From NCBI GenBank assembly GCA_024704765.1, contig JAKMXF010000277.1, positions 248,001 through 312,000 of the forward strand: a DNA stretch of 64,000 bases, written 5' to 3'. Made by a program: the position numbers and the translations under genes. Positions 47,537 through 58,620 of the stretch are shown piece by piece; within the stretch, counting starts at the first letter, position 1; each line of letters starts with the position of its first letter. The notes beneath the pieces are model-generated. The model ran no database searches, was not told the DNA's origin, and worked only from the letters and a program-made list of their open reading frames with translations. Source of the DNA: Oopsacas minuta (Eukaryota; Animalia; Porifera).

Positions 47537-48799
47537 ATGGCTTCAAAAGCAAACATTCTACCAGATGACACTAGTGAATTGCTCTTTGTGAAGAGAAGCA
47601 AGGTTGGAGTTGTTCACTACTGTGGATATAGGCGGGAAATTCTACTTCAAAATCTCAACTCTGTAGAAGAAGAATTTCTTATGTGTAAGATTTGTTTGGG
47701 AGTTATGCGAGATGCTGTTAGCTGTAGAGATGGAGAAACTAGCTGTTCGGTATGTTGTACTTCTCCATTACAGTCTCACTCTGTGAACACAGTACAGATT
47801 TCAATTTCGAAACTGATTGTGAAATGTCCACTTTTTAGAGATTGCAGTTGGAATGGAAAGTTCTCAGAAGTTAGAGAACACTTGGAAATATGCGAATTCT
47901 TTCGGGTTGAATGCTCAAAATGCAAAGAAATATTTGAAAGACAAGAAACAGACAAACACAATAACATAATTTGCCCAATGCGAGAAATAGAATGTGTCTA
48001 CTGTAGTAAAATGCAAATATTTCTAGAAATGGATAAACATTTGAATGTTTGCAGAGAATTTCCTATTTTGTGTCCCAATACTTGTGGAAAGAAATTTCCT
48101 CGTATACAGCTATTTCATCATAAAGAAGATTGCCCATTAGAATTTATCAAATGTCCTTTCGCTGATTTTGGCTGTATGGTAGATCCAATGCAAAGACAGT
48201 TCCTCACTGAACACAAGAAATATTTCACCTCAGAACATATAGATATGACTTTAGCTGTATTATCTCAGCAAAATCAAGATATTAAGTCGTTGAAGAGAGA
48301 ACGAATTGAGTTGAATATGCAGATGAGAGCAATGAAGCAACTTGATGGAGTTGATTGGGAAATCAAGGAAGTTAAAAAACAAACTGATGGTTACACGGAA
48401 CAAAGTCCTGTTTTCAAAATTAACAAAATTAGCTGTCACATACATTTGAGTTACCATGCAGGCTACATTAATTTCTCTCTTAAGAGGAATGGGGTAGAAA
48501 ACATAAACAAATATCCAGGAGAGCCAATTATTACACGATACATTGCTGTTGTAGTTGATAAACTAGATTTCACGAATTCGAGTTGGGAAGAAAGATCAAT
48601 GGACTTTAATCTTAAGGCTTCACGAGAGAGCGGAATATTCCACAAAATGCATTGCTATAAATATCATAAATTTATAACGCCGGAGGAATCATTGTTTCTT
48701 ACGTTCTATTTTGATTTCGATAGTCTTATACCTCTCAAAAAAACAAAGTCCATCCGGCGATATATCCCTATCTCACCCTCTCGTAATTCATTAGTTTAA
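47537..48799 (+). CDS. TRAF-like protein copy 2
   Basis: First 247 aa identical to copy 1; C-terminal domain diverged. Confidence 0.85.
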   Translation: MASKANILPDDTSELLFVKRSKVGVVHYCGYRREILLQNLNSVEEEFLMCKICLGVMRDAVSCRDGETSCSVCCTSPLQSHSVNTVQISISKLIVKCPLFRDCSWNGKFSEVREHLEICEFFRVECSKCKEIFERQETDKHNNIICPMREIECVYCSKMQIFLEMDKHLNVCREFPILCPNTCGKKFPRIQLFHHKEDCPLEFIKCPFADFGCMVDPMQRQFLTEHKKYFTSEHIDMTLAVLSQQNQDIKSLKRERIELNMQMRAMKQLDGVDWEIKEVKKQTDGYTEQSPVFKINKISCHIHLSYHAGYINFSLKRNGVENINKYPGEPIITRYIAVVVDKLDFTNSSWEERSMDFNLKASRESGIFHKMHCYKYHKFITPEESLFLTFYFDFDSLIPLKKTKSIRRYIPISPSRNSLV

Positions 48800-49599
48800 T
48801 TCGAAAATATTTCATATTTATTCACCATTTTTGAAGTCTATTCATTACAATTTCATTTATATGACGCATAAAATATTTTGTTCTTTTTAAAGAATCATTT
48901 TATTTACTATTTATCTTTCACATATTTATGTTCCCTATAATTCATTGTAGTGTATTTCCATATTTTATCATTTCATTAAATTTCCGATTGTTTATATACG
49001 TACAGTAGAACACAGATAAGATGTACACCCTCGGCGGGAAGCAATAAATAATGCATACTAATCGGTAAATGTTCTGATATTTTCCTATGCAATTATTCCA
49101 TGCTATAATTATGATATTTTCGGCACAGTGAAAATTCGGCAAAAAGAATCGTTAAGCCGAGTACGTATGGGAGGAGGCAAGAATATATCGACCCTTCAAC
49201 AGACTGAAACTGCAGCTTGGAATATTTACACAATAATCCATTAGCTTTTTAGCCGTTGGGGTCTGCAATTCATTATGGAGGCACAATATTGAAATTGTAT
49301 ATTTGGAATCCACAGGCCGATAATATCAGACTAGAAGTAGAAACAAATCTCATCATGATGAAATATTGCCATTCATTACCATATATAGAAATACACGCGT
49401 ATATCAAATCTGATATTGTACAAATATGGTCCCTATACGCCAGAGTGACATATATTTAATCGGGGTGTACCGAACTCCACCCATATCGAATAATTATTCT
49501 ATTCCCTGGATCTTCGATATAATAGGAGTTGATTATGTAATGCTGAATTAATAAACTTGATACCCATAACACACAAGTTTTCTACAACACAACCCAGGC

Positions 49600-49830
49600 C
49601 AGAATACGTGCGATTGCAGTCTGATGGATCATACGAAGCATCAAGTGAACTAAATGATTTCTGTCACAGAAAGAATTCCTTATTCACTGTTGTTAACTTA
49701 CAATCAATTGCTCGAATATTATTTGTGGAAATTTTTACAAGATACGTTATATAAAACACACAGTACCATAACAAGGATCTCCATCTACTCTCAATATTGA
49801 TAGATAGAATAATACGAGTTTAAGACTGTA
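49600..49830 (-). pseudogene. Heavily deleted LRR-B relic
   Basis: Minus strand reads LKLVLFYLSILRVDGDPC, then EFFL*QKSFSSLDASYDPSDC, resembling the B4 N-terminus and LRRCT. Confidence 0.5.
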
Positions 49831-50062
49831 GAAATTAACAGCATTGTTCTAGCTAATTGGCTAATAGGAAATACATTCAACATGTTGGAAAAGTGGAACT
49901 CTCATATCAAAATAGAATAATTTACCCATAAATTCAACATTTGACAAACATGGGTTAAGACTAAAAATGTAAAAGTAGATATTCCCTAATTTGTAATACG
50001 ATATATACATAACATAACACAGAGAATTCAAACAGACAAATCTAAAATATATGAGCCAGCAG

Positions 50063-51430
50063 CTATATCAACAACAACAACAACAAATAGAGGAGCAGGA
50101 GGAATGTAATTGCTTGAGATGTTAGCTTGTTGACACTTGAACATGTATACATATCAGAATCCAGAGTATATCCAGGATTACAAGAACAGCTGTAAGATCC
50201 TACAGTATTGGTGCATATTTGCGAACAGTTAATTGAGTTCAAAGAACATTCATCTATGTCAACACAGGTGTTAGTTTCAGTTTCAATTTGATATCCAGCT
50301 TCAATACATTCACAACCAGAACTGTTAACTACATTGAAACCATTGACACATGGAAAATAATTTTTCGTACAGTTTACATAGTTTGAAACATCAGTAAGGT
50401 TTTTGCCAGCTAAAGTGTTCGGTGTAGAACATTTCCCTGAAATTCCATTACGAAAACTTACAAGACTAACCCAAGAGAAATCGCAATTGCAATCAAATGG
50501 GTTATCTTGAGCATCAAGTGTAACGAGAGATTTCTGCCTCAGAAGGAATTCTCTGTTCAATGATGTTAACTTACAATCCTGTACAGATAATCTTGTTAAT
50601 TTCGGAAATGTGTAAGTGAGTAACAAATCCATATTAATTGAACCGTCAATAACTAGTGAGTGTAATTCATCTAATCCAGTAAAAGCATTAACTTCAAAAG
50701 TGGTATTCACAGAATCCACTCTTAGTTCCAAGTTAATCATATTTACCAGTTTAGAAAACTGATAACTGTTGTAATGACGGAGTCCATGTATAGTGAGCCA
50801 TTCAATACTTAAAGCATTGTCGAATGCATTATCAGCTAATGCAAACCATTCTGCATCATATGTCTGTGTTAAGGTCAGGAATAATAGTTTAGGTTGGTTT
50901 AACATTGATGGAGTGATTGTGATTACAGATGGGAGTTTGAGTGAATGAAATACGATATCATACAGTTCAGTACTGCTTAATACAGGGAATACATCGAAGT
51001 GAATATTAGTAAGATCAATAACAGGCAAGTTTGGGAAATCAGTTAAAAACTCCTCACTCACGTATAGAGGTTGAGATGATGAAATAGTTAAAATACTAAT
51101 ATCCGGTTGAGAATGATTGAATATGATTGAATTATTTCTTCCATCAATTTCTAAGTATAATTCCGTTACTCCACCAGAAATATCCAATATAAGTGTTTTG
51201 TTATCGATTCCATTGATATTAAAGTGAAATGAGAATGCCGCGATACTAATAGTTCTATATGTTGTACACTCGCTGAGTAGGTCACTAGCTATGTTTGCAT
51301 TACTAGTGGAAATGTCACAATATATTGCCGGTCTATAAAATGAACAGCTGATGTTATTGTCAATACAAGGATCTCCATTGATTGATTGACAGAATAATAT
51401 GAGAATTAAGACAGTATTAATCAATAGCAT
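50063..51430 (-). CDS. LRR-EGF-cbEGF protein family B, copy 4, probable GPI/TM anchor
   Basis: Signal peptide from ATG 51430; NPFDCNCDFSWV; cbEGF; hydrophobic tail. Confidence 0.88.
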   Translation of the reverse strand: MLLINTVLILILFCQSINGDPCIDNNISCSFYRPAIYCDISTSNANIASDLLSECTTYRTISIAAFSFHFNINGIDNKTLILDISGGVTELYLEIDGRNNSIIFNHSQPDISILTISSSQPLYVSEEFLTDFPNLPVIDLTNIHFDVFPVLSSTELYDIVFHSLKLPSVITITPSMLNQPKLLFLTLTQTYDAEWFALADNAFDNALSIEWLTIHGLRHYNSYQFSKLVNMINLELRVDSVNTTFEVNAFTGLDELHSLVIDGSINMDLLLTYTFPKLTRLSVQDCKLTSLNREFLLRQKSLVTLDAQDNPFDCNCDFSWVSLVSFRNGISGKCSTPNTLAGKNLTDVSNYVNCTKNYFPCVNGFNVVNSSGCECIEAGYQIETETNTCVDIDECSLNSINCSQICTNTVGSYSCSCNPGYTLDSDMYTCSSVNKLTSQAITFLLLLYLLLLLLI

Positions 51431-52128
51431 TGTTCTTCTTCTGCTCTGGTTAATACACATTTGAATATCTTTAGTTGAGAGAAAGGAATTACAGCTTTGG
51501 ATCCACTCGGTTAACACCCTGACTAAACTTTGGAACCCATTAATGTATAGTATATTAATATTTGGTATATCATTAATATAAAGCCGAAACGTGTGAAAAT
51601 ATTGTTAATTACATGCTAAACACCACTAAAACCAGTAATATTAATTGTATTCTCCGAAAATCTCGGAAACTATCTTCACTTACCATAATACCGACAACAT
51701 GTGGAGACCTAATCTCTAGCATCCTTATTGTACAGATATATAATTGTAATTGGAGATCATAAGCATATACCATAGATCAGAGAATATATTAAAGTAATGC
51801 AGACCAAATATGGACATATAGCTATAGGAATTAAGAATTAATATTAATAAATGAAGAACAGAGCAGTTATAAGAGGTGCTTAAAATTAAGAAGAGATAAA
51901 CAATAATAAATATGCAAATATCTATAAAACAGCCAAACATAAGGAAAAGTGGGTGTGCTTCACAATTACAAGCATGCAGTTTAGTATTATAAAGCTGTTC
52001 AAAGTAATATTAGGGGAGTCGAGTATTCCATTACAGGGGTAGAATCGGGAGTAGGGGTGTTCTAAAGTTGGGGGAGGGACCCATGTGGGATTCTATTCAG
52101 GGGGCCCTTGTGCACTATTCGGTTAGTA

Positions 52129-52705
52129 TTAACACAAGAGGAGACTAAGGAATGCAATTCTTGAGATTTTAGTCAATTGGCAACTCAAGTTCTGAACATG
52201 TAAATATATCAGAATCCAGAGTATATCCAGGATAACAATAACAGCTGTAAGATCCTACAGCATGGTACATATTTGTTGACAGTTATGTGTAGAAATAATA
52301 CATACATCTATGTCAACACAGGTGTTAGTTTCAGTTTCAATCTCATATCCAGCTTCATAACCTTCATTACATTCACAATCAGCACTGTTAACTGAATTCA
52401 AACATTGGTAGATGGAAATGGAGTGTTACTACAGTTTATATAGTTTGAGGAAGCAATAATTTTGTTGCCAGCTCAATTGCTCGGTGTAGAACATGTTCCA
52501 TAAATTATACTACTGTAATCTTTATATCACTAACAAAGGCTAGACTACAATTGCATTCAAGGGGATTAATTTGAACAATAATTGAATTGAGAGATTTCTG
52601 TCTAAGAAAGAAGTTCTTATTCAAAGTTGTTAACCCACAATCCTGTACAGTTATTTCCCTTAGCTTAGGAAATGTGTAATTGATAATATAATCAATAGCA
52701 ATCAC
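52129..52705 (-). pseudogene. LRR-B 3-prime relic (LRRCT-EGF-cbEGF) with stops and frameshifts
   Basis: YTFPKLREITVQDCGL..NPLECNCSLAFV, then a disrupted EGF region. Confidence 0.85.
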
Positions 52706-52941
52706 GATCTCAGATCATGTTTAACGAACAATCGTTATCGTTATCGCCATCGTTAATATAGCGATCAACTAATGCTAGTAAAGGCTTATGCAGTATAGGC
52801 TGACATGCTTTTTGAACGCGCGCTGTCACAATTGGCACATGTTGTCTATAGCTATATACATGCTTTATTAAGAAGAATTTGATGATAAATCTCGTTAATA
52901 CGAATTATTTTAAGTAGGATATATCATATTTTTCTACTTAT

Positions 52942-53055
52942 ATGATATGATGTAATATCCCATCGAATAACTAATGATATGATGTAATATCCCATCGAAT
53001 AACTAATGATATGATGTAATATCCCATCGAATAACTAATGATATGATGTAATATC
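52942..53055 (+). repeat. 32-bp VNTR, about 3.6 copies (ATGATATGATGTAATATCCCATCGAATAACTA)
   Basis: Exact repeats ending about 92 bp upstream of the UBL ATG. Confidence 0.95.
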
Positions 53056-53147
53056 GTATCTAATAGCTGGTAATAGGTCCAGTTATCACATATATATAAC
53101 CTGTAATACTTTACGATGCTCATTAACAATCTATCAGTTTTGCTAAG

Positions 53148-53831
53148 ATGGAGAGTATATTTATTGTTGGACTTGAAGGGAAAGTGAAAACTATTAATAT
53201 CGAAAAAGTTCGAATGAATGTAAGGCATATGTAAGGTTACTATAAAGAATACTGAGTATAGTTATACCCAATTGCAGAGATACCAACTCTGGTGCATTTT
53301 AGCCCCTCAAACTGTAAAATCTCACTGTTTTTGGTTCTTTAACAGTAATTTTACAGAGATCTCAAATCTCACAGATTCTTACTGTCAGTTTGATTTTGTT
53401 TGAGACTGGCATTTATGAAATTGTAAATTGATGGTTGCATATAATGTTCAACAATTTTAATGTATAAAGATGTGTTCTGTATATTAGTCCAGCTTTCATA
53501 ATCTAGAATCCACGCGAAATAAAGCAAAGGTTCTATAATACGCATAATATTTGTTTTCTGATATTGACTGTAGATCAAACGTATAATATCAAATTTCTGT
53601 CTATCCTCACACTGTATTGATCTGTATCTAATTTTATAGAACTACACTATTAAAGAGTTGAAATCTCAAGTATTCATAAGATGTGGGATAGAAGTTGAAG
53701 CTCAGAGACTGATCTACATCAGTAAAGACCTGGAGGTTGAAAGGAATGGCAAAGAGTTAACTCTAAGTGACTATGGAATCCATCGTGATTGTAATATTAT
53801 GCTGGTTGTGAGGTTACCTGGCGGCACATAG
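53148..53831 (+). CDS. Ubiquitin-like modifier copy 1; exons 53148-53219 and 53640-53831, 87 aa ending VRLPGG-T (absent from ORF track)
   Basis: MESIFIVGLEGKVKTINI joined by GTAAGG..TTTTATAG to NYTIKELK..QRLIYISKDLE..LSDYGI..LVVRLPGGT; colinear with the ubiquitin fold. Confidence 0.88.
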
Positions 53832-54558
53832 AGTTTAAATTAAGTGTACGTGAGTGTATTGATACTGTTTTCTATTATTCGTTGTATTTTTTTGTAACTT
53901 TCCTAAGTAATTACGTATATTTATTACTACCACGCAATTCTAAGATTCTCTCCAATACATATTTAGTCAAAATTTCAGACTCAGCTAATGGGGAGTGGCC
54001 TAGCCAATGCTAATCACTCAAATCATTTTGGTAAAACGCTCATTTTTGGGATTGGGTTGGACTCTATCGCAGATATATGTAGTAAGCCCTATTCATAGAG
54101 TATCGATCAAAGGCAGGTGGGTATTTTAAACGGGTTAAAGAGGGTTAAATGATGTGCACTTAACGCGCTTTGGGTGAAACACTAGGCCTTGCCATAAGAA
54201 GACAGCCAAAACCGTTTGTTTCTACCTGTTACTGCTGGGATTGTATAGGATGTGGGATTTACATACATTGTCCAGCAAAGAAATAGAAAAAACAGTTTCG
54301 TATGCTAGTTTACTATGCATTGGTTGCTCAACCCAAAACAACATCCTGCCGACCAAAAAGCCGACCAAGACCTAGGGGGGACATAGATGATAGATCACAA
54401 TATTTTCTTTATCTGCTCGATCGGGAATTAATTCGTAATTAAATAAAATCCATTTGTACTATTCAAATAAGTAAACATTCTATATCTTGATTAGTTTACA
54501 GTATTATTCTAGATATTTTCATATCTAATTCATAGCAAAACGTAATTGATTGTTCGAC

Positions 54559-55383
54559 ATGTGTGCTGCAAAAAACAATGCATTAGAAACACGGAGTGTG
54601 GAGATTTGGAATGTCAGGAAGGGAGGGGAGATGTGTTTTTGGCGAGATGAGACTAGAACAGTTTCATTTAAACATCCGACTAGTGAGTGTTGTACATGCT
54701 TCGATGATGATAGCGGGTTGGAAATGAGTTGTGAACATTACATATGTCCAGATTGTATCCTGAGACAGACATGGGTACAAATCCAACATCTAAAATTTGA
54801 AATAAGTTGTACAAAATGTCCCGCTATCATAAGTATTGAAGATATAATGAAGTTTGGACTGGCAGATTGTGAGGAAAAGCAATTCATAGAAACAGCGATT
54901 TCTGTCAATTTTTGTGAGAGTCAAGACATACAACAGTGTCCGAATTGTCAGAGTTATTGTCAACGAAAGAGATCTGACACAGCTCAGGTACAGTGCACTA
55001 TTTGTGCCAAAAAGTTGAATAAGAGCTTCGAATTTTGCTGGTTTTGTCTGAGAGAATGGAATAATCCAGTGAACTATCAAATCTGCGGCAATTTGAACTG
55101 CAAAAGAGAAGAAATTCAGAAACTACGAAATTCACCCAAAAAAGTATTCGGAGATAAAAAAGGAAAAGCTCTATCTATTCCTATTCTAAGAGCTTGTCCT
55201 AAGTGTTTTACTATAATTGAACATACAGAAGGATGTAACGAAATAACTTGTAAAGTTTGCAAAACAGCATTCTGCTTCATCTGCTTAGCAAGGACAAGAG
55301 AAGGGAGTTTAGTTTGTAGGGGGAGGACTTATACAAACATAACGTGTGTTCCTGCTCCTATTCAAACTAAATTGAGGTCGTAA
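54559..55383 (+). CDS. Compact RBR (RING1-IBR-RING2) E3 ligase copy 1, 274 aa
   Basis: RING1-like CCTC..CEHYICPDC..CTKC; IBR CPNC..CTIC..FCWFC; Rcat CPKC..IEHTEGCNEITCKVCKTAFCFICL. Confidence 0.85.
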   Translation: MCAAKNNALETRSVEIWNVRKGGEMCFWRDETRTVSFKHPTSECCTCFDDDSGLEMSCEHYICPDCILRQTWVQIQHLKFEISCTKCPAIISIEDIMKFGLADCEEKQFIETAISVNFCESQDIQQCPNCQSYCQRKRSDTAQVQCTICAKKLNKSFEFCWFCLREWNNPVNYQICGNLNCKREEIQKLRNSPKKVFGDKKGKALSIPILRACPKCFTIIEHTEGCNEITCKVCKTAFCFICLARTREGSLVCRGRTYTNITCVPAPIQTKLRS

Positions 55384-55826
55384 ATTTGAACTTTACATGT
55401 GTTTTGCTTTATTTAGCTTACTAGAATTGAGATTATTTGTTTTGGTTAGTTTTGTAAAACTTCATAGTTTGTTATTATTTTAAAAGAAGTTCACGATCAA
55501 TATTAGCCGATTGAAAGGGACATTATTGCAAAATGGTTTTAACTGTTCCAGCTAATTTCAGTCTGTATTGTACTTGTAAATCAGATATGTATTAAATTTC
55601 ATGTTTACTTTACTATGCTTTACTAGTGTATTAATTAATTAATGTCAACCCATATATCCTTTTGAGATATTTACAATATGTTGTTGTTGCTTGCTACAAA
55701 TCATACTTGTGCATAAAGAATTGAAATCGATTATATTTTATGTACATTAATATCGCTTTTGTTGCAAAGTACTTGTAGTTATACGTAATTTCCTCTACGC
55801 AGTTCAGTCACGGACATTTATGCTCA

Positions 55827-57850
55827 ATGGCTAATGATGAACGTAGACACCAATATTTTGTGTCTAAAGCAACGAAGCGACTAAAACGAGATCTGAAATT
55901 AATCCTCACTGATCCTATTCCAGCTATCGATGTAGCACCGAATGAAGACGATATTCTAGACTGGCATTTCGCTATACACGGTAAGAATGACACTCCATAC
56001 GAAAACGGTGTATACCATGGTAAGCTTGTGTTCCCTCCCAATTTTCCTTTTGGTCCACCTAAAATATTGTTCCTGACTCAAACGGGAGATTTGAAGTGAA
56101 CAAGAGGATTCGTTTCAGTCTGAGCGATTTCCACCCTGAAGAATGGAAGCCCGCATATTCAGTGACAGCTGTACTACGTGGTGTTTATGACTTTATGCAT
56201 GAATCGACTGAAACTATTGGAAGCATTAATTCTAGTGTAAGTGCTAGAAAGCAATTAGCTCTTGACAGTAGAGAATATAATCTCAAAAATGATACATTTT
56301 GTAGACTGTTTCCTAATATGATTCAAGATGATATGGGAAATGATGTAGATTCAGTTAGTCAAGACGAATCGAATCAAGGTAACAACGAGGTTGATTCGAG
56401 TGAGATTCCAGGGAGGATTGAAATGAATATAACACTAAAGACATATGCCACAACAAATCCTATTCCAGATCTTGGTACCAAAGTTCTACAGCATGGAACA
56501 ACTGATACAATTGATTCTCATCCTTCTACTCCTCAAAATCAAGATATTCTAGAAACAATTAATCCAAATTCTATTCCAGATCCTCAAAAACAGGAGGAAA
56601 CTAGAATCATAAATTCCCCAGAAAACGAGATATCCAATCCTCCCCTGAACCCCGAGACTCCAAAGTCAGAAGATGGAATCAGATTCACAACTATATTTCC
56701 ACCACCATTTAAGTCAGATATTAGCTCCGCCATTGAGCTTCAAGCAAGACAAACTCCTCCAATAAATGAACCAAATTCTCCAACACAGGATCAAGCTAAT
56801 ATTAATATTCACATCATAAACGAAATAAATGAAGTTCTGATTCCTCCAGAAAGATGTAATCCAAATTCTATTCTGAATCCTCAAAATCAAGAGGAAGCTA
56901 GAATCATAAATTCCCCAGAAAACGAGATATCCCGTCCTCCTCTAAACCCCGAGACTCCAGAGTCAGAAGATGGAATCAGATTCACAACTATATTTCCACC
57001 ACCATTTAAGTCAGATATTAGATCCACCATTGAGCTTCATGCAAGACAAACTCCTCCAATAAATGAAGATCTGATTCCTCTAGAAAGATGTAATTCTCCC
57101 TCAGTAAATAATGTGATGCCTCCAATGATAGACGAGAATATTCCTGCAGATAATGTAATCACTATACATACAGATACCGAGCTAAATGAAACTCTTACAA
57201 ATGATACTCCTACACAACCACCAGTTGGAATACCAATACCTCCTCCAGAAATGCCTTATAATACAGTTACATTACGAGAAGATTCTAATGCAGATCTCAA
57301 TAGCTCCTTAATAGCTACAAGTTCAGGCAGTCCTATAGGTATTCCTGTACCTCAGCCTTCGATAAAGCTCCCAGCGCAAGAGCCTGTTCGCCGTGCTCGT
57401 CCATTCAAAATATCACCAATATCACCTATACATTCTAGTTTATCACGAGAAAGGAATCCAAACTATAATCAACTTCCAGCATACGAAACACCACCACCCT
57501 ATTCACCTAAACAAATTTCCAATACCTCTATACAGCCGAATCCTTTAATGAATTATGCCATTGTTAATTCCCAGTATAATAATGCTGTTGTAATAGCGGA
57601 TTCAGCTCGAGTACCAAACAGAAAGAATCCTGCCAAAAGGCCAAGATCCATCCCCTTTATGTACAGAACGCAAAGTAGAAATCTTGGAGACATTGAAAAA
57701 GGAACTTTGCGGCAGGAGAGAAGTTACGAACTGCCAGAGATTAATCACCACGAAATTAACTGCTATTATATTGCATTACTTGTAATAGTAATCTTATCTG
57801 CTATTGGGCTTTTATATTTGTTTGCTCAACTGAAAATAAGCTTGAAGTAA
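55827..57850 (+). pseudogene. UBE2J2: UBE2J/Ubc6-type tail-anchored E2 copy 1; frameshift at 56079 and catalytic Cys-to-Arg
   Basis: ATKRLKRD..WHFAIHG..TPYENGVYHGKL. ACTCAAAC here vs ACTCCAAAC in copy 2. Active-site codon is CGT (56111-56113). Long Pro-rich linker and C-terminal TM helix. Confidence 0.8.
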
Positions 57851-58046
57851 TTGAGTGACTTCTCTTCTAGTTATATTAGAATGAATTTTAGAATATCTTT
57901 AGCGGAATATAGAAGATTTACACAATTTTTACAAAATACACAAATTCAGATCCTTAATACAAAATACATTACACATAACTATCATGAATAAATTCTTACA
58001 TCTCATTATAAATGTGAGTGCTAACTTTAAATTCTACGATGGCCTA

Positions 58047-58620
58047 ATCAAGTGTAACGAGAGATTTCTGTCTCAGAAGGAATTCTCTATTCAATAATGT
58101 TAACCTACAATCCTGTACAGATAATCTTGTTAATTTCGGAAATGTGTAAGTGACTAACAAATCCATATTAATTGAACCGTCAATAACTAGTGAGTGTAAT
58201 TCGTCTAATCCAGTAAAAGCATTAACTTCAAAAGTGGTATTCACAGAATCTACTATTAGTTCTAAATTAATCATATTTAACAGTTTAGAAAACTGATAAC
58301 TGTTGTAATGACGGAGTCCATGTATAGTGAGCCATTCAATACTTAAAGCATTGTCGAATGCATTATCAGCTAATGCAAACCATTCTGCATCATATGTCTG
58401 TGTTAAGGTCAGGAATAATAGTTTAGGTTGGTTTAACATTGATGGAGTGATTGTGATTACAGATGGGAGTTTGAGTGAATGAAATACGATATCATACAGT
58501 TCAGTACTGCTTAATACAGGGAATACATCGAAGTGAATATTAGTAAGATCAATAACAGGCAAGTTTGGGAAATCAGTTAAAATTCCTCACTCAGGTATAG
58601 AGGTTGAGATGATGAAATAG
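58047..58620 (-). pseudogene. Internal fragment of LRR-B4
   Basis: Near-identical to 50513-51085. The 5-prime end was removed by a deletion at GTTAA microhomology; the 3-prime end is cut by the duplication breakpoint. Confidence 0.9.

Larger units (their letters stand above)
45721..49040. repeat. Inverted duplication (palindrome), arms about 1.6 kb, symmetry centre 47381
   Basis: Mirror coordinates sum to 94762 (47225/47537, 47300/47462). The inner 840 bp appear identical; the outer parts have diverged. Confidence 0.95.

Noticed and set aside
49256-49560. Possible plus-strand LRR N-terminal relic
   Set aside because: Similarity too weak to call by eye.
52942-53055. CRISPR-like 32-bp repeats (also 59959-60136)
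   Set aside because: Head-to-tail with no unique spacers; a VNTR.
51725-53228. Identical small ORFs in both tandem units (51725/58741, 52971/60052)
   Set aside because: Non-coding duplicated DNA; the second runs through the VNTR and is antisense to UBL exon 1.
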